18,242 nucleotides of DNA from Leptospirales bacterium (GCA_040326155.1 JBEQLE010000079.1:1-18242), one strand, 5' to 3'; counted from the first letter of the stretch, positions 6,904 through 16,513 are shown. Program-made: numbers and translations. The notes: generated from the letters alone by a model not told the origin.

Positions 6904-9405
6904 CTAAAAATCCATGTTGTAGAATTTAATTGTATCTTCGAGCTCTTTAGGTAAATTTCCATCATTATTCGTTCTGTATTTTTTGTATCGTGGCCCAAGC
7001 TCGTTTGCCTTTCTTTTTTTAATATTTGTAGCTTTTGTAATAATTTCTGTGAAATTTGGTAGTTTCAGTAGTTTTTCACGAATTTCTTTGGCAAATGGTA
7101 TATTTTTTGCCATAATTTTTCGAATGACTTTATTAAATTTTTGAGTTCCTTCGGATTCATATTTAACCCAGTTTAAATAGTCGTTCACAAAACGACTTCG
7201 ATCGTCTCGAAATCGTTTAAATTCAGCAGACAGCTTTTCTTTATGATCAGGCGATAGTTCCCTGTTCTTTTTGAAAAATTGAACATAGTCTATATACTCT
7301 GCGGTTAAAGAAGGAGTAGAAATATTGTTGTAATCTGGCCCTAAAATTGTTTTTGTCAACTCCCAACGGTAAGCGCCGGTTACATGTAAAAGCATGTCGA
7401 AGGAGTTTTCGCTGGCAAAAAGCGGCGCTACAAGACGTCCTCTCGACGTTTTATTGTTCCCTTCACGCTCTTGCCAGAATTGAAATACAAACCCGTAAGA
7501 AGGGGCCATTATAAAGTTAGGAATGACCTGCATTTGTATAAATTCTCGATTAATACCCGCTTTTTCATCTGAATAGAGCACTTCTCGGTGATAAGCACCG
7601 AAATCGGTGTTCAATAGACGCTCTATTTCTTCTTCTAGCCTTCTTTTGGAGTAGTAAGATCGGTCCAGTGGCATCGAAATAGTATATTTATTTAGTATAG
7701 GAAAGTGGGTCATAATGCTTCCCGACGTTAATTTTGTCGTAGAAGTCAACATGTTCGTAATTTCAAACTTAACCCTTGCCTGGGGGGAGTCAAGATCGGG
7801 CGGTAAATCAACCTCTTTTTTCCATTTTGCATCGCGGTGTTCTTGTCGCAAACTTTCAAAAAAAGTAACGCCGAGTTCTGTAACGCTGGTTGTCAGTTTT
7901 TTGTCATAAATTGCTGTTAACCAATCGATGGCATCGTAAATAGGGTATTCCGAAGTTTCACGATGTACGTTTTGAAAAAGGTATACAATTTGCTCTTTTT
8001 CAAGAAGTTCTTCATCAAAAAAACCGGTCAATAAGAATAGTTCAATAATGCGTGGAAGTTGGCTTTTTGTTTGTAGGTGTTTTAAGATCGCTTTCTCATA
8101 CACTTCCCAATACAAAATCGTTAGATGGCGTCGAATTTTACGAACTTCTCCCTCTGAATCGAGCGGGTTGTTAAGAGCTTTGAGCTTGGTAAGCATATCA
8201 AGCATCTCTTTTTGTTTGGCCTGTTCCATCTCGGCATATTGCATTATTTTCTTCGAGGAATCTTTGCAATCAGCTATAATCTGGTCATCCGCATCGAGCA
8301 TGCCCATTCCCGCTGGTTTGGTCAATTCACTTTTTGCGGCAGCTGCATTTTCTTTTTGAGCTATAATGGCAAACTGTTCTATTTTATGAAAGACAGGAGA
8401 ATCGGAACTGAATTTATTACTAGCCCAGATTTTTACAAAACCGTTTTCAATGCTTTTAATTCTTGAGTTGATAAAATTACACACCGTAATGAGATTTTTA
8501 TTTTTATCGTCGACCTCATTTGCCAGTTCTACCTGCAATCCAATTTTTGCAATCCAGCTATAGTCTCCACTAAATAGAAGTCCTGCAAATTGTTCGGTTC
8601 TTTTGTGAATAGAGTCTAAAGCAGCGATTGCCGCTATGCCTTGATTAGCAAGAATTCGTCCCGCTAAAATTAAATAATCAGGATCTTTTTTCGCGATTGC
8701 GGCTAAAATATTTGTATCTAATTGAATTAATCTGGATACAAGTTCCATTTGTTCACTTTTTTCATTTGGCAAAAGTATTTCATCTTTTCCTAATATACTA
8801 GAATAATCACGAGTCAAAAAAGGAAGGTCAATTTCTTCAGGTATTTCCGTGTCAGATTGCAGTGTTCTTACAATATATTTTTTTGCAGTTTCTATAATAG
8901 GGTCTTTAAAGGAGCCCTGGCTGGCCCCTGTGTTAAACTGGTCGGGCAATATTTTACTAAATGCCAGACTTAAAGCTTGCACGCCATGCACGGTTGTTTC
9001 GAGTAGTTCGTTTGCTGCGGTCGATTTTTTATAGTATTCGTTCACTTCTCTTAAGGCTGTTTTTAACATTAAAACGCCTATCGTGGGCTTGCTTACAATA
9101 ATTTTTTTAAAGTTGTCCTGGTTTGTCGGATATATGGAAACTACGCAGTTTGTTTCGGCTATGGCAAAATATAAAGTATTCGTATCTAAAAACAGTGAAT
9201 TCGAAGATATAATAGCTGGACCACTGATACTGATCATGTATTTTGATAAGGTGACATCGCCACCCTGCGATTCTTGCAGGCCGGTCCTAATGGATACTGT
9301 TCCTTTGTGTAAAATAACCAGTTTATCTGGCGGCGTTCCTTGAGAGCGAATCATTTGACCCGCACTTACGTTTTGGTTCACTCCGGTCTTTAAATCTGTA
9401 CCCAT
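6904..9405 (-). CDS. Large protein with an N-terminal cyclic-nucleotide-binding-like (Crp-type) domain and an uncharacterised helical C-terminus
   Basis: Long ORF of about 833 aa. N-terminus AGQMIRSQGTPPDKLVILHKGTV...YFAIAETNCVV matches the cNMP beta-barrel pattern. ATG at 9405 preferred over the ORF-track TTG at 9423. A TTGACA at 9442..9437 would place 9423 inside a promoter spacer, although the matching -10 is weak. Confidence 0.8.
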   Translation of the reverse strand: MGTDLKTGVNQNVSAGQMIRSQGTPPDKLVILHKGTVSIRTGLQESQGGDVTLSKYMISISGPAIISSNSLFLDTNTLYFAIAETNCVVSIYPTNQDNFKKIIVSKPTIGVLMLKTALREVNEYYKKSTAANELLETTVHGVQALSLAFSKILPDQFNTGASQGSFKDPIIETAKKYIVRTLQSDTEIPEEIDLPFLTRDYSSILGKDEILLPNEKSEQMELVSRLIQLDTNILAAIAKKDPDYLILAGRILANQGIAAIAALDSIHKRTEQFAGLLFSGDYSWIAKIGLQVELANEVDDKNKNLITVCNFINSRIKSIENGFVKIWASNKFSSDSPVFHKIEQFAIIAQKENAAAAKSELTKPAGMGMLDADDQIIADCKDSSKKIMQYAEMEQAKQKEMLDMLTKLKALNNPLDSEGEVRKIRRHLTILYWEVYEKAILKHLQTKSQLPRIIELFLLTGFFDEELLEKEQIVYLFQNVHRETSEYPIYDAIDWLTAIYDKKLTTSVTELGVTFFESLRQEHRDAKWKKEVDLPPDLDSPQARVKFEITNMLTSTTKLTSGSIMTHFPILNKYTISMPLDRSYYSKRRLEEEIERLLNTDFGAYHREVLYSDEKAGINREFIQMQVIPNFIMAPSYGFVFQFWQEREGNNKTSRGRLVAPLFASENSFDMLLHVTGAYRWELTKTILGPDYNNISTPSLTAEYIDYVQFFKKNRELSPDHKEKLSAEFKRFRDDRSRFVNDYLNWVKYESEGTQKFNKVIRKIMAKNIPFAKEIREKLLKLPNFTEIITKATNIKKRKANELGPRYKKYRTNNDGNLPKELEDTIKFYNMDF

Positions 9406-9641
9406 TGCATAGATATATTTCAAATTTGTTGGCGAGTGTCAACACACTTCAAGTGAATTCAAAGTTAAATTACAATAAATTCAATATATAAACTCATGAA
9501 TGGAGCGGGAACGGCAGATAAAAAACTACGTAAATAACAGTTGACCAAGCAATGAGCTGCTTTTTTATTTCCGTGTAGTACTTATAGTACCCATTCGGTG
9601 GAATGGAGCAGATAACAAAATTCGACAAATAAAGATGAAAA

Positions 9642-11162
9642 ATGACACTAAAAACTATTGAAATTATGGATACAACGCTGCGAGACGGGGAGCAGACAAA
9701 TGATGTCTCTTTTTCCAGTTCTGAAAAATATCAAATTGCTCGAATTTTATTAGAAAAGGTGGGAGTCGATCGCATTGAGGTGGCTTCTGCTCTGGTTTCG
9801 GAAGGTGAAAAAGAGGCGGCTACTCGTATTTTACAGTGGGCTGAAGAACATAACTATACGGACCGCGTTGAAATTCTAGGATATGTGGATGACACACGCT
9901 CGGTAGACTGGATAAAAGAGTGCGGTGGGCGGGTTTTTAATATGCTTACCAAAGGAAGCCTGAAGCATCTTACTCACCAGCTTCGAAAAACTCCAGAAGA
10001 GCACATAGATGGTATCAGGCGCAGTGCGCAATATGCAAAAGAGAACGGATTTATTGTAAATGCCTACCTGGAAGACTGGTCTAATGGCTATAAAGACTCC
10101 CGCGATTATGTATACAAATTGATTGAAGCCATGAGTCACATGGAGATCGACCGCATAATGATACCCGACACGCTCGGTGTAATGTACCCGGAGGAAGTAT
10201 TTCAAGCCATTGAAGATTTAAGGAACCGATTTCCGGATGTCCACTTCGATTTTCACGCTCATAACGATTATGGTCTTGGTACCATCAATACAATGGAAGC
10301 TGTGCGCGCCGGGGCTAAAGCGGTTCATGTGACTGTGAATTGTCTGGGGGAGAGAACCGGAAACGCTTCGCTTGCTGAAGTGGTCGCCGGGTTACACGAT
10401 TTTTTTCAAATAAAAACGAATGTTCAGGAAGAACACCTTCACCTGGCATCCAGGGTGGTAGAAAATTTTTCGGGTAAAAGACTGGCAGATAATGCTCCCA
10501 TTGTGGGTGAAGATGTATTTACACAAACATCTGGCATACATGCCGATGGCGATAAAAAAGCAGGTTTATATGAAAGCGCCCTTATGCCCGAAAGGTTTGG
10601 TCGAAAACGGGTTTACGCTCTAGGGAAAATGGCCGGTAAAGCTTCCATCGATCAAAATCTGAAAGAACTTGGCCTGGAACTAAGCGACGAAAATCGTAAA
10701 AAGGTTCTCGATAAAGTTAAAAGCCTGGGTGATAAAAAAAAGAAGGTTACCATGGAAGATCTTCCTTTTATTATCAGTGAGGTGTTAAATCTTCCCGTAC
10801 ACGAGGTTGTTAAATTTAAACATGTGAGAGTTAAATCGGGAATGGACCTTACTCCTTCTTGCACTTTAATATTATCTTATAAAAGTAAAGATTACGAAGT
10901 TTCAGGCACCGGTGATGGCGGTTACGACGCGTTTATGAATGCGATTCGCGAGTGGGGAAATAAAAATAGTATTGCCTTACCGTTGCTAAAAGATTATGAA
11001 GTACGTATTCCTCCCGGTGGGCGAACCTCAGCACTGGTGGAGTGTAAAATAATCTGGGAGAAAGTAGAGGGCAAAACTATAGTAACAAGAGGCGTGGACC
11101 CGGACCAGACGATGGCGGCCGTACAGGCTACCGAGAAAATGCTGAATTTATTATTGGATTAA
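9642..11162 (+). CDS. cimA: (R)-citramalate synthase (alpha-IPM synthase family, Leptospira/Bacteroidetes type)
   Basis: DRE-TIM motif DTTLRDGEQT, YLEDWSNG, HAHND, GERTGNA, FTQTSGIHADGDKK, YALGKMAGKAS, and a C-terminal regulatory domain (GDGGYDAFM, RIPPGG, DQT.AA). Confidence 0.88.
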   Translation: MTLKTIEIMDTTLRDGEQTNDVSFSSSEKYQIARILLEKVGVDRIEVASALVSEGEKEAATRILQWAEEHNYTDRVEILGYVDDTRSVDWIKECGGRVFNMLTKGSLKHLTHQLRKTPEEHIDGIRRSAQYAKENGFIVNAYLEDWSNGYKDSRDYVYKLIEAMSHMEIDRIMIPDTLGVMYPEEVFQAIEDLRNRFPDVHFDFHAHNDYGLGTINTMEAVRAGAKAVHVTVNCLGERTGNASLAEVVAGLHDFFQIKTNVQEEHLHLASRVVENFSGKRLADNAPIVGEDVFTQTSGIHADGDKKAGLYESALMPERFGRKRVYALGKMAGKASIDQNLKELGLELSDENRKKVLDKVKSLGDKKKKVTMEDLPFIISEVLNLPVHEVVKFKHVRVKSGMDLTPSCTLILSYKSKDYEVSGTGDGGYDAFMNAIREWGNKNSIALPLLKDYEVRIPPGGRTSALVECKIIWEKVEGKTIVTRGVDPDQTMAAVQATEKMLNLLLD

Positions 11163-11172
11163 CAAACTGCAT

Positions 11173-12075
11173 ATGGAATTTTCAAAGATAATTATCGTGT
11201 ATAAAAAAAGTACATATCATATGTACAAAGAAAAACCTTTTTTTAAAAAATTGAAAAATAAGAATATGCTTTTATACGATCAGCTGGTAAAAGCCCATGA
11301 TGAACATTATGCATCTGTAGATTTGTTACTTAAGCAACTCGAACCTTTTAAGAATATAATGAAAGTTCATAAAAGAGGTATCAACCGAATGCCAACGGTA
11401 AAACCAAACGACCTGGTTATATCCCTCGGCGGTGACGGAACTTTTATTTATACATCGCATTCTATAAAAGAAGGCGCTATTTTAGGAGTAAATTCAGCTC
11501 CCGATTTCAGTGTCGGTCACTATTGTCGACTGAATGTCTATGACAAAAAAAGCAGTTTAAGAAACTATGTGGAAGAAATTTTATCTGGTAAACGTTCTCC
11601 CCAACCATTGAGTCGATTACAGTTTGTAATTAATGAAAAACCGGTGGAAATCCCCATCGTAAACGATGCTCTTTTAATTGATAAAAACCCAGCAACCACA
11701 ACACGTTATATATTAAAATGGAATGAAAAACTGTCCCAGCAAAAATCTTCAGGAATCTGGATAAGTACTGCAACCGGTTCTTCGGCTGCGTTTAGCTCTG
11801 CGGGTGGTAAACGTTTTAAACAGACAGATAACAAAAATCTGAGGCAATTTGGTTTTGTAGTTCGTGAAATGTACAGTCACACCGGCGATTTAATACGCGG
11901 GGGAATGGTAAAAGAAGGCGATTCATTGGAAGTGGATTTTGGTACGATTTTTGGACAAATTTTTATCGATGGCGGACAAAAACAGATACCTTTGAATATT
12001 GGAGATGAGATCAGTGTAAGGTTTCACCCGAATAATTTGAATACATTTTTGCCGGGCGGAAATAAACGGAGTTAA
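11173..12075 (+). CDS. nadK: NAD(+)/NADH kinase
   Basis: LGGDGTF, GVNS, VND, SSGIWISTATGSSA, SAGG, IDG motifs. Confidence 0.9.
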   Translation: MEFSKIIIVYKKSTYHMYKEKPFFKKLKNKNMLLYDQLVKAHDEHYASVDLLLKQLEPFKNIMKVHKRGINRMPTVKPNDLVISLGGDGTFIYTSHSIKEGAILGVNSAPDFSVGHYCRLNVYDKKSSLRNYVEEILSGKRSPQPLSRLQFVINEKPVEIPIVNDALLIDKNPATTTRYILKWNEKLSQQKSSGIWISTATGSSAAFSSAGGKRFKQTDNKNLRQFGFVVREMYSHTGDLIRGGMVKEGDSLEVDFGTIFGQIFIDGGQKQIPLNIGDEISVRFHPNNLNTFLPGGNKRS

Positions 12076-12076
12076 C

Positions 12077-12487
12077 ATGAAAGCAAAAGTTATCTGGAAA
12101 AAAAATATGGAATTTTCCGGCGCGGCAGATTCGAATCATTTTGTTGCCATGGACGCGAATGAAGAGGTTGGCGGACATGACAAGGGCGCCCGACCGAAAG
12201 AGTTATTGTTAATTGGTTTAGGCGGATGCACCGGTATGGATGTTATTTCCATATTGAAAAAAATGCGCGTAATTCCGGCGGAGTTTGAAGTTGAAATTCA
12301 CGCAGAGACTACAGAGGAACATCCCATGCGATTTAAAACCATACATGTTAAATATCATGTAAAGGGCGAGGTTGACCTCGATAAAGTGGTTCGAGCTGTT
12401 GAACTTTCTCAAACAAAGTACTGCGCCGTTTCAGCAATACTAAGGGAGTCGGCAGAACTTACTTATGAAATTGTTTACGTGGAATAG
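12077..12487 (+). CDS. OsmC/YhfA family protein
   Basis: RPKELLL.GLGGCTGMDV..IL.KMR ... AVELSQTKYCAVS, with the two conserved cysteines. Confidence 0.93.
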   Translation: MKAKVIWKKNMEFSGAADSNHFVAMDANEEVGGHDKGARPKELLLIGLGGCTGMDVISILKKMRVIPAEFEVEIHAETTEEHPMRFKTIHVKYHVKGEVDLDKVVRAVELSQTKYCAVSAILRESAELTYEIVYVE

Positions 12488-13695
12488 TGAAAAACCTGTC
12501 TTTTGTGAATTCTCCTGGCTCGCCTTCGGCAGAAGATGATTTTTATCAGTTTTACAAGTCACGAAATTTTGAACAATCCCGGCGATTCGGGGCGGGGTAT
12601 TCTTACTCCCTTCGTCCTGTTGCTGAAATTTTAAAAGCCTTAGATTCTCCCGACAACCATTATAAAACAGTACATATTGCTGGCACGTTGGCCAAAGGTT
12701 CCGTTTCCACGTACTTATCTCGCATGATGACCTCTTCGGGGGAAAAAACAGGTCTTTATACTTCACCGCATTTAACAAGTTTGTACGAAAGAGTTGTTAC
12801 AGACAGTGAACTTATTTCTGAAGCAGATTTTACTTCAGCATGGGAACGGGTGCGAAAGGTCGATACCAAAAATCGTCTCAGTTTTTACGACGCTTTGACT
12901 CTAATTGCAATTTTGTTTTTTAAGGATAAAAAGGTTGAATGGGCTGTGTTCGAAACAGGCTTAGGCGGGCGGTTAGATTCTACCAATGTTCTTTCGCCTC
13001 AGTTTTCAGTAATTACTAAAATTGGAATTGACCATGAGAATATTCTCGGGAAGGGACTCGAAAATATAGCCAGAGAAAAAGCGGGCATTTTAAAAGAGGG
13101 TATCGTGGCGTACTCGATGCAACAAAGTTCTGAAGTGAAGCAAGTATTATTAAAAACCGCAGAAGATAAAAAAACTCATATTGAATTTTTCGACTGCGAC
13201 AAAGAACAATACGCCGACTACCGAATGTATAATCTTGACTTTTGTAAATGGGTATACAAAAAACATTTTAACCGGGAAGCTGCGTTTATACCTGTTGATC
13301 TTTCGGGCAGGCTTGAAACCATTTGTACAAAACCTGAAATTATTTTTGACTCAGCGCACAACAAAATGGCGGCCGATCAGTTATATCAATGGGTTAAAAC
13401 ACAACCCGGTACATGGTCTATCTATTGCAATACGATGCAAGAAAGAGATTTAAGTGAAATTCTATCGCCTTTTTTACAAAGTAAAGAGTTCGAAAATAGA
13501 ATTTATATATTGAATGGCCAGTTCAGCGCCGATGCCCTACATAGGGAAATCCCCAAAAAATTGAAAGATAAAATTATTGAAATTGGCGATGAGAAGAGTT
13601 TATGGCAAGCCTGGAGCATGAATAAAAGCCACCTTGTTTTTGGCAGTATGTATCTGTACGCCGCCATGAAAGATGCCATCAGAAAATATTTATAA
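12487..13695 (+). CDS. folC: Dihydrofolate synthase/folylpolyglutamate synthase
   Basis: HIAGT..KGS, GLYTSPHL, ETGLGGRLDSTNV, IGIDH, IAREKAGI, GRLE, DSAHN, FGSMYL. The GTG start shares a base with the OsmC stop (TAGTG). Confidence 0.92.
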   Translation: MKNLSFVNSPGSPSAEDDFYQFYKSRNFEQSRRFGAGYSYSLRPVAEILKALDSPDNHYKTVHIAGTLAKGSVSTYLSRMMTSSGEKTGLYTSPHLTSLYERVVTDSELISEADFTSAWERVRKVDTKNRLSFYDALTLIAILFFKDKKVEWAVFETGLGGRLDSTNVLSPQFSVITKIGIDHENILGKGLENIAREKAGILKEGIVAYSMQQSSEVKQVLLKTAEDKKTHIEFFDCDKEQYADYRMYNLDFCKWVYKKHFNREAAFIPVDLSGRLETICTKPEIIFDSAHNKMAADQLYQWVKTQPGTWSIYCNTMQERDLSEILSPFLQSKEFENRIYILNGQFSADALHREIPKKLKDKIIEIGDEKSLWQAWSMNKSHLVFGSMYLYAAMKDAIRKYL

Positions 13696-13729
13696 GAAAA
13701 GCAAAAAGACAGGAAAAGATTGTACTGGT

Positions 13730-16480
13730 TTACTCTTCGCCTTTTATTTGAACGCTTAAGAGTTTACTTACACCAGGGTCGTCCATGGTGACGCCAAAAA
13801 TGGAATCTGACTTTGTCATTGTTTTTTTATTGTGCGTTATAAGAATGAACTGGGTCTGTTTTCGGAAACCTTCGAGCAGGTGTAAAAAACGAGCCACGTT
13901 CTGGTCGTCGAGTGGCGCGTCAATTTCGTCTAAAATACAAATGGGCGAGGAGCGCACCATGTAAATTCCAAACATAAGGGCGATGGCTGTAAGAGCTTTT
14001 TCTCCGCCTGACAATAGCTTCAAGGAACGTGGTCTTTTCCCCGGAGGTTGCACCTGAATTTCAATTCCACTCCGTAGCGGAACTTCCGGGTTTATTAAAT
14101 TTAGTTGTACGTCGCCGCCGCGAAACAGAGTGTTAAATACACTTTTGAAATTTGCCTGAATTTTCTCAAACGATTCAGTAAACATTTTTTCCGATTTTTC
14201 AATGATCTCGCCAATAACACTTTCGATTTTCTGTTTCGCTTCGAGAATATCGTTCAGTTGGTTTTTATTATGCTCATATAAAGAGTTGATTGTTTGCCAC
14301 TCTTCGGTTGCCAGCGGGTTGATGGGCCCTAAATCTCTAATTTGTGATTTTATTTCGTTAAAAAGACCTTTTTGTTTTGAAATATCTATATTTTTACTTT
14401 GAAACTTTTCTGCTAAGTCGTCTGGTAGCAGGTTGTAGTCATTATAAATATCTTGTAACAAAGATTCTTTGCTGCCTAAAAGTGTACCAATTTTTACTTC
14501 TAATTCGCTGGACGTGGTTAAATATTCAGTTGTTTTACTGTTTTCATTGTATATCTGGCTTTGAAAATTTTTCTTTTTTTCTTCAATTCTTTCAAGGTTT
14601 TCTTTAATGGAATTTATACGTTGAATCTCTTTTTCAATATTTTTATGTGTTTTTTCAATTTCAATGGTGATATCTTTTTCAAGTTTTGTCAATTGAAGAA
14701 GTTCGCTTTCGAGGCCTTTGAATTTATTTGTGAAGTAGTTTAATTGCGTCTCTTCATGCTCCATTTGTTGCTGAAGTTGTTTTTCTTGTTCATGAATACT
14801 GGTTTTTTTTACTTCGTAAGATTTTATATCACCTTGTATTGAATCTTTTTGGGAGCCCATGTAAGCAAGTTCTTCTTTCATGCTCTCAAGCTGGGAACTA
14901 ATTTTCCCAATATTTAAATTCCCATTATCAATGTCTCGGTCCAAAGCAAAAATTCGCTCGTCCATAGCTTCTTTTCGTGCGTGTACGCCGCCTTTTTCAA
15001 AAAGGTTATCCCAGAAATCATGTTCGAGTTTACCATATTCGCGAATTCTGTCTATCCATTCTGAGGTTTTTAAAAGTCCAGACAGGTCTTTCATGGCGCT
15101 GGAAACTTGCGTTGCATCACCAGACGCGTTATTGATTAAGTTTTGAAAGGCAACAGAAAAGGTTTGTATTTCACTTTCAAAAGATGAACTTTTCTGGTCC
15201 ATTGCGCTGAGATAACCGGACCAGTTTTCTTTTTCTTCTTTTAAAAATACAAGTAAGTCACGTACAATAATTTCATATTCTGTTCTGCTTTCTTTTAATA
15301 ACTTATGCTTTTGAGCTACTTCCTCTCTAATTTCAGCTCGCGTATTTGTGCGATCTTCAATTGCTTTATTCTGATCCAGAATATTTTGATTTAAAGTGTC
15401 AATAGAACTTTCTGCATTTTCGAGCTGGTTATCAAGTTGTAAATGAAGTTGTTGGTAGTTATTTTGACTTTTTTTAAGGTCGCTAATGCGTTCTCGAATT
15501 TTATCCATTCGCTCATTCAGAGAACTCATGTCATCTTCTACTGTTTTTTTACGGTTTTCGAGTTCTGAAATCTCTCTTTTCCATTGGATAATTTTTTCAC
15601 CACTGACTTGATTATGAATATCTTTTTCATGTAAGTCATGGGAAAGTTTCTCTTTTTCTGAATTCAGCTCTTCGGCTTTTTCTTCCCAAAGTATAATCTT
15701 CTGGCGACTTTTTTCTCGTTCATGAGTTTTTTTAGAGAGTTTTTCGTTGAATTTAACCAGAGTGTCGTTTATATCTTTAATGGTAGCATAACGAATATTT
15801 AAGTCAAACTCTAGCTGTTTATCATTGAGTTTGTTGTACTGTTTGGTTCGTTCCGATTGATTTTTTTTAATGGTTAATTCTCGTTCGAGTTCATGTATAA
15901 TGTCTTTCAAACGCGTCATATTGGAGGCTGTATTTTCGAGTTTTTTCTCAGCTTCTTCGCGTTGAGATTTAAAACGGGTTATTCCAGCTGCTTCTTCAAA
16001 AATCAAGCGACGATCTTCGGGTTTACTCGATAAGATCATATCCATCTGACCTTGTTGCATAAAAGAGTAGGAAGCTTTTCCAAGCCCCGTATCCATTAAA
16101 AGTGTTTCCAGTTCTTTTCGTGTAATTCGATTGTCGTTTATAAAGTATTGACTTTGACCGTCTCGATAAAGTTTGCGGGCAATTTTTACTTCATCAATTT
16201 CTAATGGGAGAAGTTTATCTTTATTATCAATGACTAAGTGAACATAGGCGTAGCCTGATGGTTTTTTTTCTTCTGTGCCGGAAAATATAACATCTTCCAT
16301 CTTATCGCCCCGCATGGCACGAACGGATTTTTCACCCATCACCCATTTAACAGCATCTAAGATATTGGATTTTCCACACCCATTCGGACCTACAATCGAT
16401 GTAAAAGACGTGTTAAAGTCAATTTTTGTTTTGGATGCGAACGATTTAAAACCTAATATTTCTAATTCTTTTATAACCAT
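13730..16480 (-). CDS. smc: Chromosome segregation protein SMC (short, 916 aa)
   Basis: GFKSF, Walker A GPNGCGKSN, Q-loop QQGQMD, FEEAAG, coiled coils, LGPIN, signature LSGGEK, Walker B ILDEIDAPLD, ITHN. Confidence 0.95.
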   Translation of the reverse strand: MVIKELEILGFKSFASKTKIDFNTSFTSIVGPNGCGKSNILDAVKWVMGEKSVRAMRGDKMEDVIFSGTEEKKPSGYAYVHLVIDNKDKLLPLEIDEVKIARKLYRDGQSQYFINDNRITRKELETLLMDTGLGKASYSFMQQGQMDMILSSKPEDRRLIFEEAAGITRFKSQREEAEKKLENTASNMTRLKDIIHELERELTIKKNQSERTKQYNKLNDKQLEFDLNIRYATIKDINDTLVKFNEKLSKKTHEREKSRQKIILWEEKAEELNSEKEKLSHDLHEKDIHNQVSGEKIIQWKREISELENRKKTVEDDMSSLNERMDKIRERISDLKKSQNNYQQLHLQLDNQLENAESSIDTLNQNILDQNKAIEDRTNTRAEIREEVAQKHKLLKESRTEYEIIVRDLLVFLKEEKENWSGYLSAMDQKSSSFESEIQTFSVAFQNLINNASGDATQVSSAMKDLSGLLKTSEWIDRIREYGKLEHDFWDNLFEKGGVHARKEAMDERIFALDRDIDNGNLNIGKISSQLESMKEELAYMGSQKDSIQGDIKSYEVKKTSIHEQEKQLQQQMEHEETQLNYFTNKFKGLESELLQLTKLEKDITIEIEKTHKNIEKEIQRINSIKENLERIEEKKKNFQSQIYNENSKTTEYLTTSSELEVKIGTLLGSKESLLQDIYNDYNLLPDDLAEKFQSKNIDISKQKGLFNEIKSQIRDLGPINPLATEEWQTINSLYEHNKNQLNDILEAKQKIESVIGEIIEKSEKMFTESFEKIQANFKSVFNTLFRGGDVQLNLINPEVPLRSGIEIQVQPPGKRPRSLKLLSGGEKALTAIALMFGIYMVRSSPICILDEIDAPLDDQNVARFLHLLEGFRKQTQFILITHNKKTMTKSDSIFGVTMDDPGVSKLLSVQIKGEE

Positions 16481-16513
16481 ATTACCAACATTGCAGAATG
16501 TTCTTGCCCGATA

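Noticed and set aside
9406..9423. TTG start at 9423 for the cNMP-fold protein
   Set aside because: ATG at 9405 is a more plausible start, and 9423 falls just downstream of a TTGACA, within a possible promoter spacer.
9642..11162. leuA (2-isopropylmalate synthase) call
   Set aside because: YLEDWSNG, GIHADGD and YALGK fit citramalate synthase. LeuA typically has EFSAED, GIHQDG and LGKHSGR.
13696..13729. Terminator between convergent folC and smc
   Set aside because: The 34-nt spacer is A-rich with no convincing stem.
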